Origin: Octopus bimaculoides
Lineage: Eukaryota
Direction: 5' to 3'
NCBI RefSeq assembly: GCF_001194135.2
Contig: NC_068994.1
Location: 58,748,131-58,783,899 of the forward strand
Length of the DNA stretch: 35,769 nucleotides
This document shows, in pieces, positions 9,775 to 22,031 of the stretch. Position 1 is the stretch's first letter. Every line of letters begins with the position of its first letter. The notes beneath the pieces were generated by a model, which was given only the letters and a program-made list of their open reading frames with translations, was not told the DNA's origin and searched no databases. The position numbers were made by a program, and so were the translations under genes.

Positions 9775-9905
9775 TGAGCCGAGGTCGACTTAGCCTTTCA
9801 TCCTTTTGTGGTCGATAAAAATAAGTACCAGCTGAATACTGGGGTCGATGTAATCGACCTACCCCACCCCCGAAATTGCTGTCCTTGCGGCAAAGTTGGA
9901 AACCA
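9775..9905 (+). mobile_element. SINE family B, partial
   Basis: gccgaggtcgacttagcctttcatccttttgtggtcgataaaaataagtaccag. Confidence 0.75.
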
Positions 9906-11454
9906 AGTCACGTGACCTTTGGACGATGTCTACGACGTTTGTTTCCAACCGCACCATCGTCCCATGTGGTAGTATTGTGGGTTTTACATTAGTAGTGTAG
10001 AGTTATTAATTAATTAATTAATTTAGATCAGATTAATTAATTAATTAATTAATTAATCAATTCTGATCTAAATGAGTTTATTAACTTAATGAGGAAGGCT
10101 TATCTTGGGGAAGATATGTTATGTAGGTGAGGTCACCATAAAAAGATCAAGAATGAGCGTGCAGCCTCCCCCCACCCAGTCTCTCTCGCCTCTTCCTCCT
10201 CCTCCTCTCTGACTATTCACCTCTCTTTCTCTTCTTAACTCCCACCATTTATAACAGTCTCTCTCCCACTGCAACTTTCTTTCCTCCCACTTCCTCTCAT
10301 CCTTCAGTTATTTTTATGGAACCTCCTCTTCTCCTTCCATTACCCCCACTTTCATTCTCCATCATGTCATAGCCCCCTCCCCTCACTCTCTCTCTCTATC
10401 TCTCATGTCTCCCTCTCAGCAACTATCATTCTCCTCCTACTTCCATCCTCTCCTCGTTTCTCTCCCTCCTACTCACTAACTCCCTCCAGTTATCTGCTCA
10501 TAACTCCTCCCACCCTTCTCATCTTCTTCTTCACCACCTTCATCATCATCATCTTCTTACTTAGACGTGTATCTCCTGCTCCTTCTTCCTCACCTTCTCT
10601 TTCACTCGTTGTCGTTTAGCCTCAGGTCAATCCTGACTGAGCAGACGTGTCGTCAAAGGCATTCCAGCCGTGACCGTCAACGATTACTTTTAAGACAGAA
10701 GCGTGACTAGGCTAGAGTTGGCTGCTATTTCTGGCAACATCACAGAGACATAGTTTCTCCCCTCCTCCCTGCTCACCGAATCTCTTCTATCTCCTCCTCC
10801 TCCTCCTCCTCCTCCCCTCCCCTCAGTCACGTTCCCCCTCTCCCCTCTCTATCTAATCCCTCCTCCTCCCACGCTAACAACCAAGTCACATGTTGCAGTC
10901 GTCAATCAAAACAAATTGACCAGATACATTTCACACAATCAATTTCAAAGTCGACAGGTACATGGCTGTCCGCCTGCCTGCTTGTCTGTCTAGCTGCTTA
11001 GCTGTCTGTCTGTCTGTCTGTCTGTCTCCCTGCCTGCCGATCGGTCTGTCTATCTGTCCGTATATATGTATGTATGTGTATTGTGTACGTTCACAAACAC
11101 ACACCCACACCTATATAAATGTGTGTGCGTGTAAGGTGAGATAGACAGATAGATAGAGAGAGAGGGGGAGATAGATAGATAGATAGATAGAGAGAGATGA
11201 GCTTCAGCTCAATGAACATTAAGTGAAAGAAGAACTCGCTACATGTGTGATTAGATATTTCAACTAATTTGACAGTGACTTCGAAGTGGAAAAAAAAGCA
11301 ACTGAAAACAAAAATTAATTTTATTGCACCAATTTCCACAACTAAGTCCTTCCACTTCATACCCAACTTACCCCATCACAAGAAAAGACCCACGAGATTA
11401 ACAGGTACTCATTGTATTTCTAACTGGAAAATTTGCAATGTGATGAGGCCGGAG

Positions 11455-12009
11455 GCGAAATTATTTTTCCCACGAGAGTTCCGGGCCCCAATAACGAACT
11501 CATTTGCATACAGCCAATCAAAGCTCACTTTGACCTTGTTGTCAAGTTAACAAACACATTCTCCCAAGTAAACTCAAGACGAAGAACGGTGTTGTAAGTC
11601 GACCGATCGCCAAGTTATTCCTGATTTTAGAAGGCGACAAGTAATTAGATAGATTTGCATCTTTCCCTGTTATCGGATTTTGTTAGGGCCCCATGTGGTA
11701 AAGATGTGGATGGGAAAATGTGGGTAAAGGGTGATGTGCTGGCAACCCTCTCCCTTTACTGTTTTACAAAGTAAACAAAAACAGCACAAATAACTACGCA
11801 GAGGCAGCCATAGTTGAAATAAGGACAAGAACAACAAGCATTCTTACAAGAGAAAAAGAAACATGGTCATTCCTTACCCAAGTGACCTTATCTTATCGCC
11901 CATCACTTGTTATGCGCTCATAAATTAGTTTGATGGTTGAGCTCTGATTGGCTGTATGCAAATGAGTTCATAACTGGGATTCGGAACTCTCGTGGGAAAA
12001 GAATATCGC
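11455..12009. mobile_element. Mutator-like MITE, copy 2
   Basis: Collinear with and highly similar to copy 1 in the same orientation; 9-bp TSD aggccggag/aagccggag (8/9). Confidence 0.8.
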
Positions 12010-13384
12010 AAGCCGGAGACTAGCAAAACTTCGAAGCCACGGTCAATGCTACACACGCGCACGCACGCGCACACAATTTCATATCGTTTCCTGGACGCCC
12101 GCACTGCAAAACACTATAATTATGAACTGAGGGAGATTTGGTTGCTATTTCTAGAAGACCGAGCGCCTGCATATTGATGCCCTCGTACCTTTTCGATGTC
12201 CTTTTTGCTTGACCCTAATTCGGTCCACACCAACAGAATCAACGATGAAAGTTTCACCAACCGTAACCAACTCATCTGAATTTCCTCAACTGCTCAGGTG
12301 GTGTAGAAAACAAATGGATGTATTAGTATAACGCTCGGGAATTGAAAAAGTCTTTAACGTTTCGAGCCTACGCTCTTCAACAGAAAGGAATACAGAAAGA
12401 AACAAAGAGAGAAAAAAAAATGTGTGTAGTGGTTAGCGATCTATCATGGCGAATATATATATATATATATATATANNNNNNNNNNNNNNNNNNNNNNNNN
12501 NNNNNNNNNNNNNNNNNNNNNNNNNNNNNNNNNNNNNNNNNNNNNNNNNNNNNNNNNNNNNNNNNNNNNNNNNNNNNNNNNNNNNNNNNNNNNNNNNNNN
12601 NNNNNNNNNNNNNNNNNNNNNNNNNNNNNNNNNNNNNNNNNNNNNNNNNNNNNNNNNNNNNNNNNNNNNNNNNNNNNNNNNNNNNNNNNNNNNNNNNNNN
12701 NNNNNNNNNNNNNNNNNNNNNNNNNNNNNNNNNNNNNNNNNNNNNNNNNNNNNNNNNNNNNNNNNNNNNNNNNNNNNNNNNNNNNNNNNNNNNNNNNNNN
12801 NNNNNNNNNNNNNNNNNACACACACACAGACACACATACATACTAACATACATATGTACATACAAACATACATATACACATACATATATATCCATATATA
12901 TTCACACATACATATATACATACATATACACATACATACACACATATATATATATATATATACATATATACACACATACATACACACATACAAACATACA
13001 TATATGCATACATATGTGCATACACACACATACTTACGTACATACATACACGCATACATACACGTGGACAATAGGCTATTCGTGTGGTTCTCCAGTTTCG
13101 CTATATTTCATGTATTCCTGTCTAAATATATACATTAACACTCGCATTGAACCAGTGTTCTGTTACCTTTCACCACCAGACAACAACGGCTCCCCCAACC
13201 TCTTTATCTCTCTCTCTCTTTTCCATTTTCTCTGTCATTTTCATCCCTTTTACGATTTCCTTTTTGTCTTCTGTTCAAATAAACTCGATTAAAATCCGTT
13301 ATTGTCCAGTTTGGTAACATTATATATTTCAATAAAACAACTTGACTGTATCTTATTTCAGACAGTTCTATTATATCCACAGGA

Positions 13385-13530
13385 GCAGACGTGGTTCTGT
13401 GGTAAGAAGATTCCTTTCCAACTATGTGGCCTTGAGTTCAATCTCACTGCGCGGCATCTTGGGCAAGCGTCTTCGACCAAAGCCTTATCAGTGGATTTGG
13501 TAGATGGAAACTGAAAGAAGCTTCTCGTGT
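13385..13530 (+). mobile_element. SINE family A, head
   Basis: gtggttctgtggtaagaag...gagttcaatctcactgcgcggcatcttgggcaagcgtcttc...ggaaactgaaagaagc. Confidence 0.75.
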
Positions 13531-13539
13531 AAACATCTA

Positions 13540-13735
13540 TCCTTACAAACTTTGTAGACGAATGATCTGGCAACTTTTAAAGATCCAGATATTTCTAAAT
13601 CCCCATGCTCCGCCTTTGTAACCACAATAACAGCATGCCTCTTCATTTCTTGAGTAAGCTGAGGGTCTGCCATTATTATTTTCTGAAAGAAAGATTATAC
13701 AGAGTTAGCAAAAAATACAGCAATGACCCCCCCAA
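13540..13735 (-). mobile_element. Tc1/mariner-type transposase N-terminal fragment
   Basis: ORF MADPQLTQEMKRHAVIVVTKAEHGDLEISGSLKVARSFVYKV resembles an HTH N-terminus (EIA..L.V.RS.V.KV). Confidence 0.5.
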
Positions 13736-14039
13736 AAGGTACGTCCTCAAATACCTTATNNNNNNNNNNATCTCATCTATGTGGATGATTTAGATGACTT
13801 AGAAATATTTGCAACCTCAGTCAAAGAGGCAGCAGATTTTCGGTCATTCCTCTTCAATTGATTTTACTGACTGCTTTTGAAAGATTGGCTCACGTTCAGA
13901 GTTACTCTTTGGCAGATAACCTTAGTAAAAGATTTACTATTTTGTCGCCGTCATCGTTGTTCGTTATCGTCTGCAAAACTTCCATTCCGCCCGCGTATCA
14001 TGTAAACGTTTGCCTTAACTTGTTTAATCCAATAGTTTT

Positions 14040-14450
14040 TTCTTTCTGTTTATTCTTTTATTCTTTTACTTGTTTCAGTCATTTTGACTGTGGCCATGCT
14101 GAAGCACCGCAGTTGAGTCGAAGAAATTGACCCTTGAACTTATTCTTTGTAAACCTGGTACTTATTCTATCGGTTTCTTTTGCCGAACCGCTAAGTTACG
14201 GGGACATAAACACGCCAACATCGACTGCCAAGCGATGGTGGAGGGACAAACGCAGACACAAAGACACAAATATATGCATATATATATACGACAGGCTTCT
14301 TTCAGTTTCCGTCTATCAAATCCACTCACAAGGCTTTGGTCGGTTGGAGGCTATAGTAGAAGACACAAGCCCAAGGTGCCACGCAGTGGAACTGAGCCCA
14401 GAACCGTGTGATTGGGAAGCAAGCTTCTTACCAGTCAACCACGCCTGCAC
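14040..14450 (-). mobile_element. SINE family A, full length
   Basis: Head through 3' tail (tgtttcagtcattttgactgtggccatgctgaagcaccgc on the plus strand). Confidence 0.85.
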
Positions 14451-14744
14451 CTGTGTCAATTTTGTTTTTAATGTTCAATGTCTGTTCAAAAAGTCTTGGT
14501 GCTTCTTGGAGGTTCACCAGACGCAGATGACGTATTCTTACAAAAAGAAGGAAATATCAAAAAAATATAATATAGAAGAATGTCTAGCGATGATTCTTAT
14601 TTTTTTCTACTCCAAAGTAAAAAGTGGCGTTGGTGTCACTCATGCGTAATAATGTCATAAATAACTTATTTTTTCCTATAGGACAAACACGGTATTCTGA
14701 CTTCTGTGTAAAGTTACGTTTGGATACTTCAGCCATCTTCAAAA

Positions 14745-14784
<40 letters not shown>

Positions 14785-14790
<6 letters not shown>

Positions 14791-14900
14791 CCTGAAAGAT
14801 TAAAAGCAAAGTCGACCTCTGCAGGATTTGAACGCAAAATATAAAGAACCGAAAGTGAATATCGCAAGGAATTTTTCCTGACGCTCTAATGATTCAGCTT
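14785..14900 (-). mobile_element. SINE family B, partial
   Basis: cccctgaaagattaaaagcaaagtcgacctctgcaggatttgaac. Confidence 0.6.
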
Positions 14901-15475
14901 AATTATGAAGATGATGATGATGATGATGATAGCGTCGATAGTGTTGGTAGTACTTGTGGGGATGGCGGTGGCGGTGGTGGTGTTGGTGGTGAGGCTGGTT
15001 TTACACAGGAAGCCTTCGGCACGTAAAAGAAAACTGGATGTAAGATCCTTAAGCTAGGAATCTGGCCGATTATCCGGTCAAACCATAACGATCCCTTAAA
15101 CACCACCATCAACAAAGGTAAGGCTCCAATACAGCCCTAATCAGAACAGTTGTGTTGCCATTTTGAGTCACGTGGACCAGTGAGTGTCAGTAATTGTCCA
15201 ACGATGCCAAGTGGGCATTCAACATATTTTCGTCTCACAACACATCTGTCTGCCCTTCTTGCCTGCCTGCCTGCCTGCCTGCTTGACCGTCTGTCTGTTT
15301 ATTGGCCTCTCTCTCTCTCTCCCTCTCTCTCCCCCTCTCTCTATCCATCCATCCATCTGTCTATTTATGCATCTCCCTATCTATATACAACACGCGCATA
15401 TACACATACGCTTAAATGTATGTGTGCGTGTATGTATGTGAGTGTGTGTGTATATTATATGCATATATGTAGACA

Positions 15476-15519
<44 letters not shown>

Positions 15520-15542
15520 NNNNNNNNNNNTGTAGACATATC

Positions 15543-15588
<46 letters not shown>

Positions 15589-15626
15589 CATCTATCTCTC
15601 TCTCTCTCTATCTCTCTATCTATCTC

Positions 15627-15673
<47 letters not shown>

Positions 15674-15773
15674 CTCCACACACACACACCTGTATACCTG
15701 TATCTCTTACCTGTCTACTTTTGCTGTCTCTTCCTCTAGAAGCGATAAATGGACAGCTTAAAGAGAAACATTC

Positions 15774-15805
<32 letters not shown>

Positions 15806-15899
15806 CGACAGTTCTCTCAACATTTCTCTCCAACAAAAGCGAAGCTAAACAGCCAACAGATTTACGTTGCTGGAAGAGACGCTGAACGTTACGAACAAG

Positions 15900-16260
15900 T
15901 CTATAACTGAAGTAGGCGGTTTGGGGCGGTTTGTGGACGAACAGAGGGTGGTGTAATCCGCATTGAGACACAGTCGAGTGGCTGAAACTAAGAGGCGGCA
16001 CGCGCCAATGCTCCTCTCTTGTTCGTAAAACCTTCTGCTTCCTCAACCTTCCTGCATCGCATGCCTTACCTCCTTCTCTTTCTCCCGTTTCTTTTTTTTT
16101 TTTCTTCTTACCACGTGATGTGACTCTAGTGCCGCGAAATCGTTTGTGCCACTCGCCATGTTCGAGCGAGAATCGCTCGGTGTCTTTGTGAAAGTAGGTT
16201 TCATCAGCGGCGATTTACGCGCTCACCATGATTATTTGCGCGCGTGCGCGTCTGTGTGTG
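15900..16260. promoter_or_regulatory. CpG-rich promoter-like region
   Basis: Dense CG dinucleotides, GGGGCGG, CCAAT, CACGTG (16112-16117), YY1-like GCCATGTT and an NRF1-like TGCGCGCGTGCGCG. Confidence 0.4.
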
Positions 16261-16518
16261 TGTGTGTGTGTTTGACGACGGTACTTAGCTTTTGGGAGAA
16301 CAGAGAGCTCCTTTTGAAATCTTTTTATCCTCAATGAGTTGTTAATCCTTTCAGAAAGACCGGAAAATTAATGGGTACGTGGGGTGGATCACGACAAACA
16401 GACAGACAGAGAAATAGATAGACAGTTACACAAACACGCACACACATACACACACACATGCACACACATTTTTCTTTTATTTATTTCAGTCGTTGGATTG
16501 CGGCCATACTGGGGCACG

Positions 16519-16550
<32 letters not shown>

Positions 16551-16695
16551 TGTATGGAGAGAGAGAGAGAGAGAAGGAGATGAAATGTAAGAATCAAGGA
16601 AGGAAATGCAAAATTAAATGAAATCAGGAAGAAAGAAAACTGAAGAAGAAGAAGAAGAAGAAGAAGAAGAAGAAGAAGAAGAAGAAGAAGAAGAA

Positions 16696-16731
<36 letters not shown>

Positions 16732-17715
16732 AAAGTGAATATTGGATGAAATTAAGAAAGAACGAACTTAGAAGAATGGAACAGTAAAGTCAGAGGTAGT
16801 GGTTGGATGTCAATAAAACCACAATTTTTTATTAAGGAGAAAGAAGAAGAGAAAGAAAGCACGCACACACACACACACCCTGCAAAATTCACATTGGCAT
16901 GCATAGAGACCCTCTTACTCACACACATATACGCCGTCACCCACGTATATACACTCTTCCGCATACACATGCATCCATCAATTTGGTAGAAAGTCGGTAG
17001 CGTTAAGGAAAAGAGAAAATACGAAATTATGATAAAAGAAATAAAAGTAAATGAATAAAAACAAACAGTAAACAAACCAAAAGCTAAATGACTAACAACA
17101 ACACCAATAACAATAAAGGTGCAGAAAGAGCAACTGAGGCGTTAAGGGCAAGGCAAACCATATGTCACCATGTTTAATGAAGGGATGTAACTGTGGCTAA
17201 AGTAAGTGGAGGCGTTCAGACAGCAGGACGGCGAACGACCGTTTTGTTGAGGGTTGTCGTCTGTTTGAGAGGATGGAAGGCGAAAAATGAGGAGAAGATT
17301 AATTAATGGATTAACAAGCTGAATAAAAAGACGGATTACGAAAAGATTTGCCCACCTTATCGAATTAAAATTCGTTATATTCTGTGTTTTAGCGGCAAAA
17401 TGGCCGTCGTTACTGTGATGCTGTTGGCGTTGTTGTTATTGTTGTTGTTGTTGTTAGGGCTTGTGATAGTAGTGATGATCGTTAGGGTGGTGATTGTGGT
17501 AATATTCGTGGTATTGTTGTTGTTGTTGTTAGATGCTGACCACGGGAGCGAGGGTTTCTCGAGACCCATCTTACTGAATCATCATCATCATCATCATCAT
17601 CATCGAACTCCTAGCAGCAGCAGTAGCAGTATTTGTAGCTAACTATTAACCTTACCAATGTTTGTTTTTCAATGTTTTTAACTGCGAACTTCGAATGTTC
17701 TACTTCAGATTTTTG

Positions 17716-18096
17716 CACAAGGCCAGCAAGTTCTGGGGCAGGGATAAGTCGATTACATCGACCCCAGTACGCAGCTGGTACTTATTTTATCGACCCCAGA
17801 AGAATGAAAAGCGAAGTCGACCTCGGCGGACTTTGAACTTAGAACGTGAAACGGGCGAAATACTGCTAAGCATTTTGCCTGGAGTGCTAACGATTCTTTT
17901 CAACTCAGGGCACAAGGCTCGAAATTTTTAGGGAAGGGGGGGCTAGTCGATTAGATCGACCCCAGTACGCAACTGGTACTTAATTTATCGACGCTGAAAG
18001 GATGAAAGGCAAAGTCTATCTCGGCGGAATTTGAACTCAGAACGTAACAGCAGACGAAATTTCGCCCGACGTGCTAACTATTCTGCCAGCTCGCCA
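17716..18096 (-). mobile_element. Two tandem copies of SINE family B
   Basis: Copies at about 17716-17906 and 17907-18096, head-to-tail. Confidence 0.8.
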
Positions 18097-18671
18097 GGTC
18101 CTAGCTCTTAGATTGCCCCTTAGATTGGCCCTTGGCTGCCATTTTCTGGGGCCACCACTTTGTTGCAATATTCGGACTAGGTGTCCGGTTTCAGGATATC
18201 TTTTTCTTTTTTTCTCCACTGTTTTGAAGGCCCTAAAAAACGGTCATAGATGTCAAGCCCCTTCCTTCTCTCACTGAACCATTAAATGAGTCATAGGATT
18301 CAGTTCTGCTCCTTAACTTTCCCGAAATCTGTTCCCTCTCAGATCGACTTTTCCCTTCATCCTTCCGCAGGGAAATGAACGGATACGGCGCTGTAATTAG
18401 TGACCTTCAACGACATAGGAATCTATAGGATGATGATGGTGATGATGATGATGAGGTGGAGGAGGATGATGATGATGATGATGACGACGACAACATCGAT
18501 GTTGATTATGTCGAAGATGACGATGATGATGATGGTAGTGATGATGATGATGACAATGATGATGATGATCAGGATGAAGATGATGAGGAAGAGGAGGAGG
18601 ATCATTAACATCATCAACATAATTTTAATTGCAATTATTATTTTCTCACGATCACCATTTGCGGAGGCAGG

Positions 18672-18725
<54 letters not shown>

Positions 18726-19011
18726 CTCTAATAACTGCATTACTGAATTCTTGGAATGTTGAAAGATATTGGATCTTCGTTCCACATATTGGCAACAACA
18801 ACAACAACAACAGCAACTTTTACAAGAACGACATTAAAAAAAAAAGAACTGCAAAAGCAGCTTTTGGCATTGAAGCAACGAATGCAACACGATAGGAGAC
18901 AGTCTGGTCGCTGACGAGGAATTGGTATTTACCAAAAGAGTATTGGTATGTGACACAGACGAAGAAATTCTTCTGCAATGGATCAAAACCTTGCTGAGGC
19001 GTGTAAATGAG

Positions 19012-19072
19012 GAAAGGGATGGCCACCCTGAAAGGGATGGCTACCCTGAAAGGGATGGCCACCCTGAAAGGG
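19012..19072 (+). repeat. 18-bp tandem repeat (GAAAGGGATGGCCACCCT) x3.4
   Basis: Read directly from the sequence. Confidence 0.9.
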
Positions 19073-19367
19073 GATAAAAATGGAATCAGTTTGAAATTTA
19101 AACGTTATTATTTAGAGCTTTATTTGCCCCGAGATCCATGAAAGTGAAGCAGGCCACAGCTTTCGGCTGGCCAGAATATGGGAAATCAGACCGTTAAATA
19201 ATTTATTATAATAGCGTGGAATTCGTCGAGATGAATGGTAGTTCACTGTAGATGAATGGTAATCCACAACACCAGAAGTATCCAAAACTATCCAAAGATG
19301 AATGGTGTCTTAGGCCTAACGCAAAAACATAATATAAACAAACGAACGGGTTATTCAATATCGCTAG

Positions 19368-19610
19368 AAGAGTTTTTACTGTGACGTAAATATGGTACAG
19401 TTAGGTAGGCAGTATGCACAACATCCATAGGATCACGTAATAATCAACAAATCATCGGCATGTCTGTAGTTTAATCAACATGTCACGGCTCGCTTGTTTA
19501 TTTCGTCAGCCTGATGAGTTGAGATTTACGTGACATATTACGTAATCTTATGGATGTCTCGCATACTGCCTGCCCGACTGTACTATGCTTACGTCACAAT
19601 GGAAACTCTT
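19368..19610. mobile_element. MITE with TIRs of about 75 bp, superfamily unresolved
   Basis: Left AAGAGTTTTTACTGTGACGTAAATATGGTACAGTTAGGTAGGCAGTATGC versus reverse-complemented right AAGAGTTTCCATTGTGACGTAAGCATAGTACAGTCGGGCAGGCAGTATGC. TTAA flanks the right side only. Confidence 0.75.
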
Positions 19611-19779
19611 AACGAAACAAGTGTAGCAAAACCAGATAACCATTCGTCTATTGTACACACACACACACACACACACACTCAAACACAGTCACACATACAT
19701 GCATACATAATACACGTACACACACAGTTACACACACACACATAATGCATACATAATACACGCACATACAAACACGCAT

Positions 19780-19826
<47 letters not shown>

Positions 19827-20339
19827 TATGCATGCATGTATATATATATAGAGCTATACGTGTAAGTTTTATTAAGTCACCTCCGCTATATCGACTGAGT
19901 TTCAGAGCCATTGATAACAATATAATATTGCAGAACAGATGAACACCACTAAATCTTTCCTTCAGTGCATCGAGGAAGGCCTTTACGTGGTCTACCGGCT
20001 TGGTAGAAATAGCAACCGAAACTTTGCTGAATCACATACAACTCTCTTAAAAATTGGAGGACTCTCGGTATAAGAAAATAAAAGAAGAGATTGTCGCGGG
20101 TAGATTTTGGCCTTCGATTATATGTCTGTTCAGTGATGGCTGACTAGGAAGTACGGAAACAGGAACTGTAAGAACATCGACGACCGCGTCAACAGGAAAG
20201 CTTCTTCCGGCCATCGGTAATAATCTCAGAACGAGGCTAGAGTAAAACGGATGTAGATTCATTTATTTGTTTGTTTGTTGTAGATTAAATTAATTAGATA
20301 TTTAATTGGATTGTGTGGGTGTTTATATGTATGTCTATG

Positions 20340-20376
<37 letters not shown>

Positions 20377-20757
20377 NNNNNNNNNNNNNNNNNNNNNNNN
20401 NNNNNNNNNNNNNNNNNNNNNNNNNNNNNNNNNNNNNNNNNNNNNNNNNNNNNNNNNNNNNNNNNNNNNNNNNNNNNNNNNNNNNNNNNNNNNNNNNNNN
20501 NNNNNNNNNNNNNNNNNNNNNNNNNNNNNNNNNNNNNNNNNATATATTTATCTTTATATACATGTCTTTATTCACGCGTGCGTGCACATACGCACAGATG
20601 CATATTCATACATATATAGATACGTACATATACGCTCTCACACACAAAAATATGTCTAAAGACGTGTGGGGGCGTATATATACTTGCACACACACACACA
20701 TATACATTTGTGCAAGCATGAATAAATGATTACATCTTTGCCTTTGTCAGTCAGTAC

Positions 20758-20930
20758 ATCAGCATCTACCAATATTTTCGCTACATCAACATCTACCAAT
20801 ATTTTCGCTACACCAGCATCTACCAATATTTTCGCTACATCAGCATCTACCAATATTTTCGCTACATCAGCATCTACCAATATTTTCGCTACATCAACAT
20901 CTACCAATATTTTAGCTACACCAGCATCTA
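20758..20930 (+). repeat. 27-bp minisatellite (CATCAGCATCTACCAATATTTTCGCTA)n running into a gap
   Basis: At least 6.5 units before roughly 890 Ns. Confidence 0.95.
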
Positions 20931-21999
20931 NNNNNNNNNNNNNNNNNNNNNNNNNNNNNNNNNNNNNNNNNNNNNNNNNNNNNNNNNNNNNNNNNNNNNN
21001 NNNNNNNNNNNNNNNNNNNNNNNNNNNNNNNNNNNNNNNNNNNNNNNNNNNNNNNNNNNNNNNNNNNNNNNNNNNNNNNNNNNNNNNNNNNNNNNNNNNN
21101 NNNNNNNNNNNNNNNNNNNNNNNNNNNNNNNNNNNNNNNNNNNNNNNNNNNNNNNNNNNNNNNNNNNNNNNNNNNNNNNNNNNNNNNNNNNNNNNNNNNN
21201 NNNNNNNNNNNNNNNNNNNNNNNNNNNNNNNNNNNNNNNNNNNNNNNNNNNNNNNNNNNNNNNNNNNNNNNNNNNNNNNNNNNNNNNNNNNNNNNNNNNN
21301 NNNNNNNNNNNNNNNNNNNNNNNNNNNNNNNNNNNNNNNNNNNNNNNNNNNNNNNNNNNNNNNNNNNNNNNNNNNNNNNNNNNNNNNNNNNNNNNNNNNN
21401 NNNNNNNNNNNNNNNNNNNNNNNNNNNNNNNNNNNNNNNNNNNNNNNNNNNNNNNNNNNNNNNNNNNNNNNNNNNNNNNNNNNNNNNNNNNNNNNNNNNN
21501 NNNNNNNNNNNNNNNNNNNNNNNNNNNNNNNNNNNNNNNNNNNNNNNNNNNNNNNNNNNNNNNNNNNNNNNNNNNNNNNNNNNNNNNNNNNNNNNNNNNN
21601 NNNNNNNNNNNNNNNNNNNNNNNNNNNNNNNNNNNNNNNNNNNNNNNNNNNNNNNNNNNNNNNNNNNNNNNNNNNNNNNNNNNNNNNNNNNNNNNNNNNN
21701 NNNNNNNNNNNNNNNNNNNNNNNNNNNNNNNNNNNNNNNNNNNNNNNNNNNNNNNNNNNNNNNNNNNNNNNNNNNNNNNNNNNNNNNNNNNNNNNNNNNN
21801 NNNNNNNNNNNNNNNNNAAGGTTATAAAGGACACAGGTTTCGTGTGTCACATAGCTAGCTAGAGGCGATGGCTTCTTGGAGCTAATTCACGGCAGCTTTC
21901 GTCCTAATTTTGGGACTGCCATGTTGGCTTGGCGATAACTATTAATTTCCAGTACCGCTGCCGTAGTCTCCTTTAGAGAGACTTAGAAATATTAATAAC

Positions 22000-22031
<32 letters not shown>

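Noticed and set aside
14700-14750. TGAAGATGG...CCAAACGT hammerhead-like string on the minus strand
   Set aside because: It lacks the C3 and G12 core positions and is too short to support.
15009-15116. Plus-strand exon candidate (acacag|...AAAG|gtaagg)
   Set aside because: All three frames contain stops and there is no other support.
17400-17642. Hydrophobic ORF MAVVTVMLLALLLL... with good Kozak context
   Set aside because: The hydrophobicity comes from (GTT)n/(GAT)n microsatellite; the same applies to 18400-18785 and 23697-24224.
19505-19530. CTGATGAG inside the MITE as a hammerhead
   Set aside because: There is no downstream stem II or GAAA.
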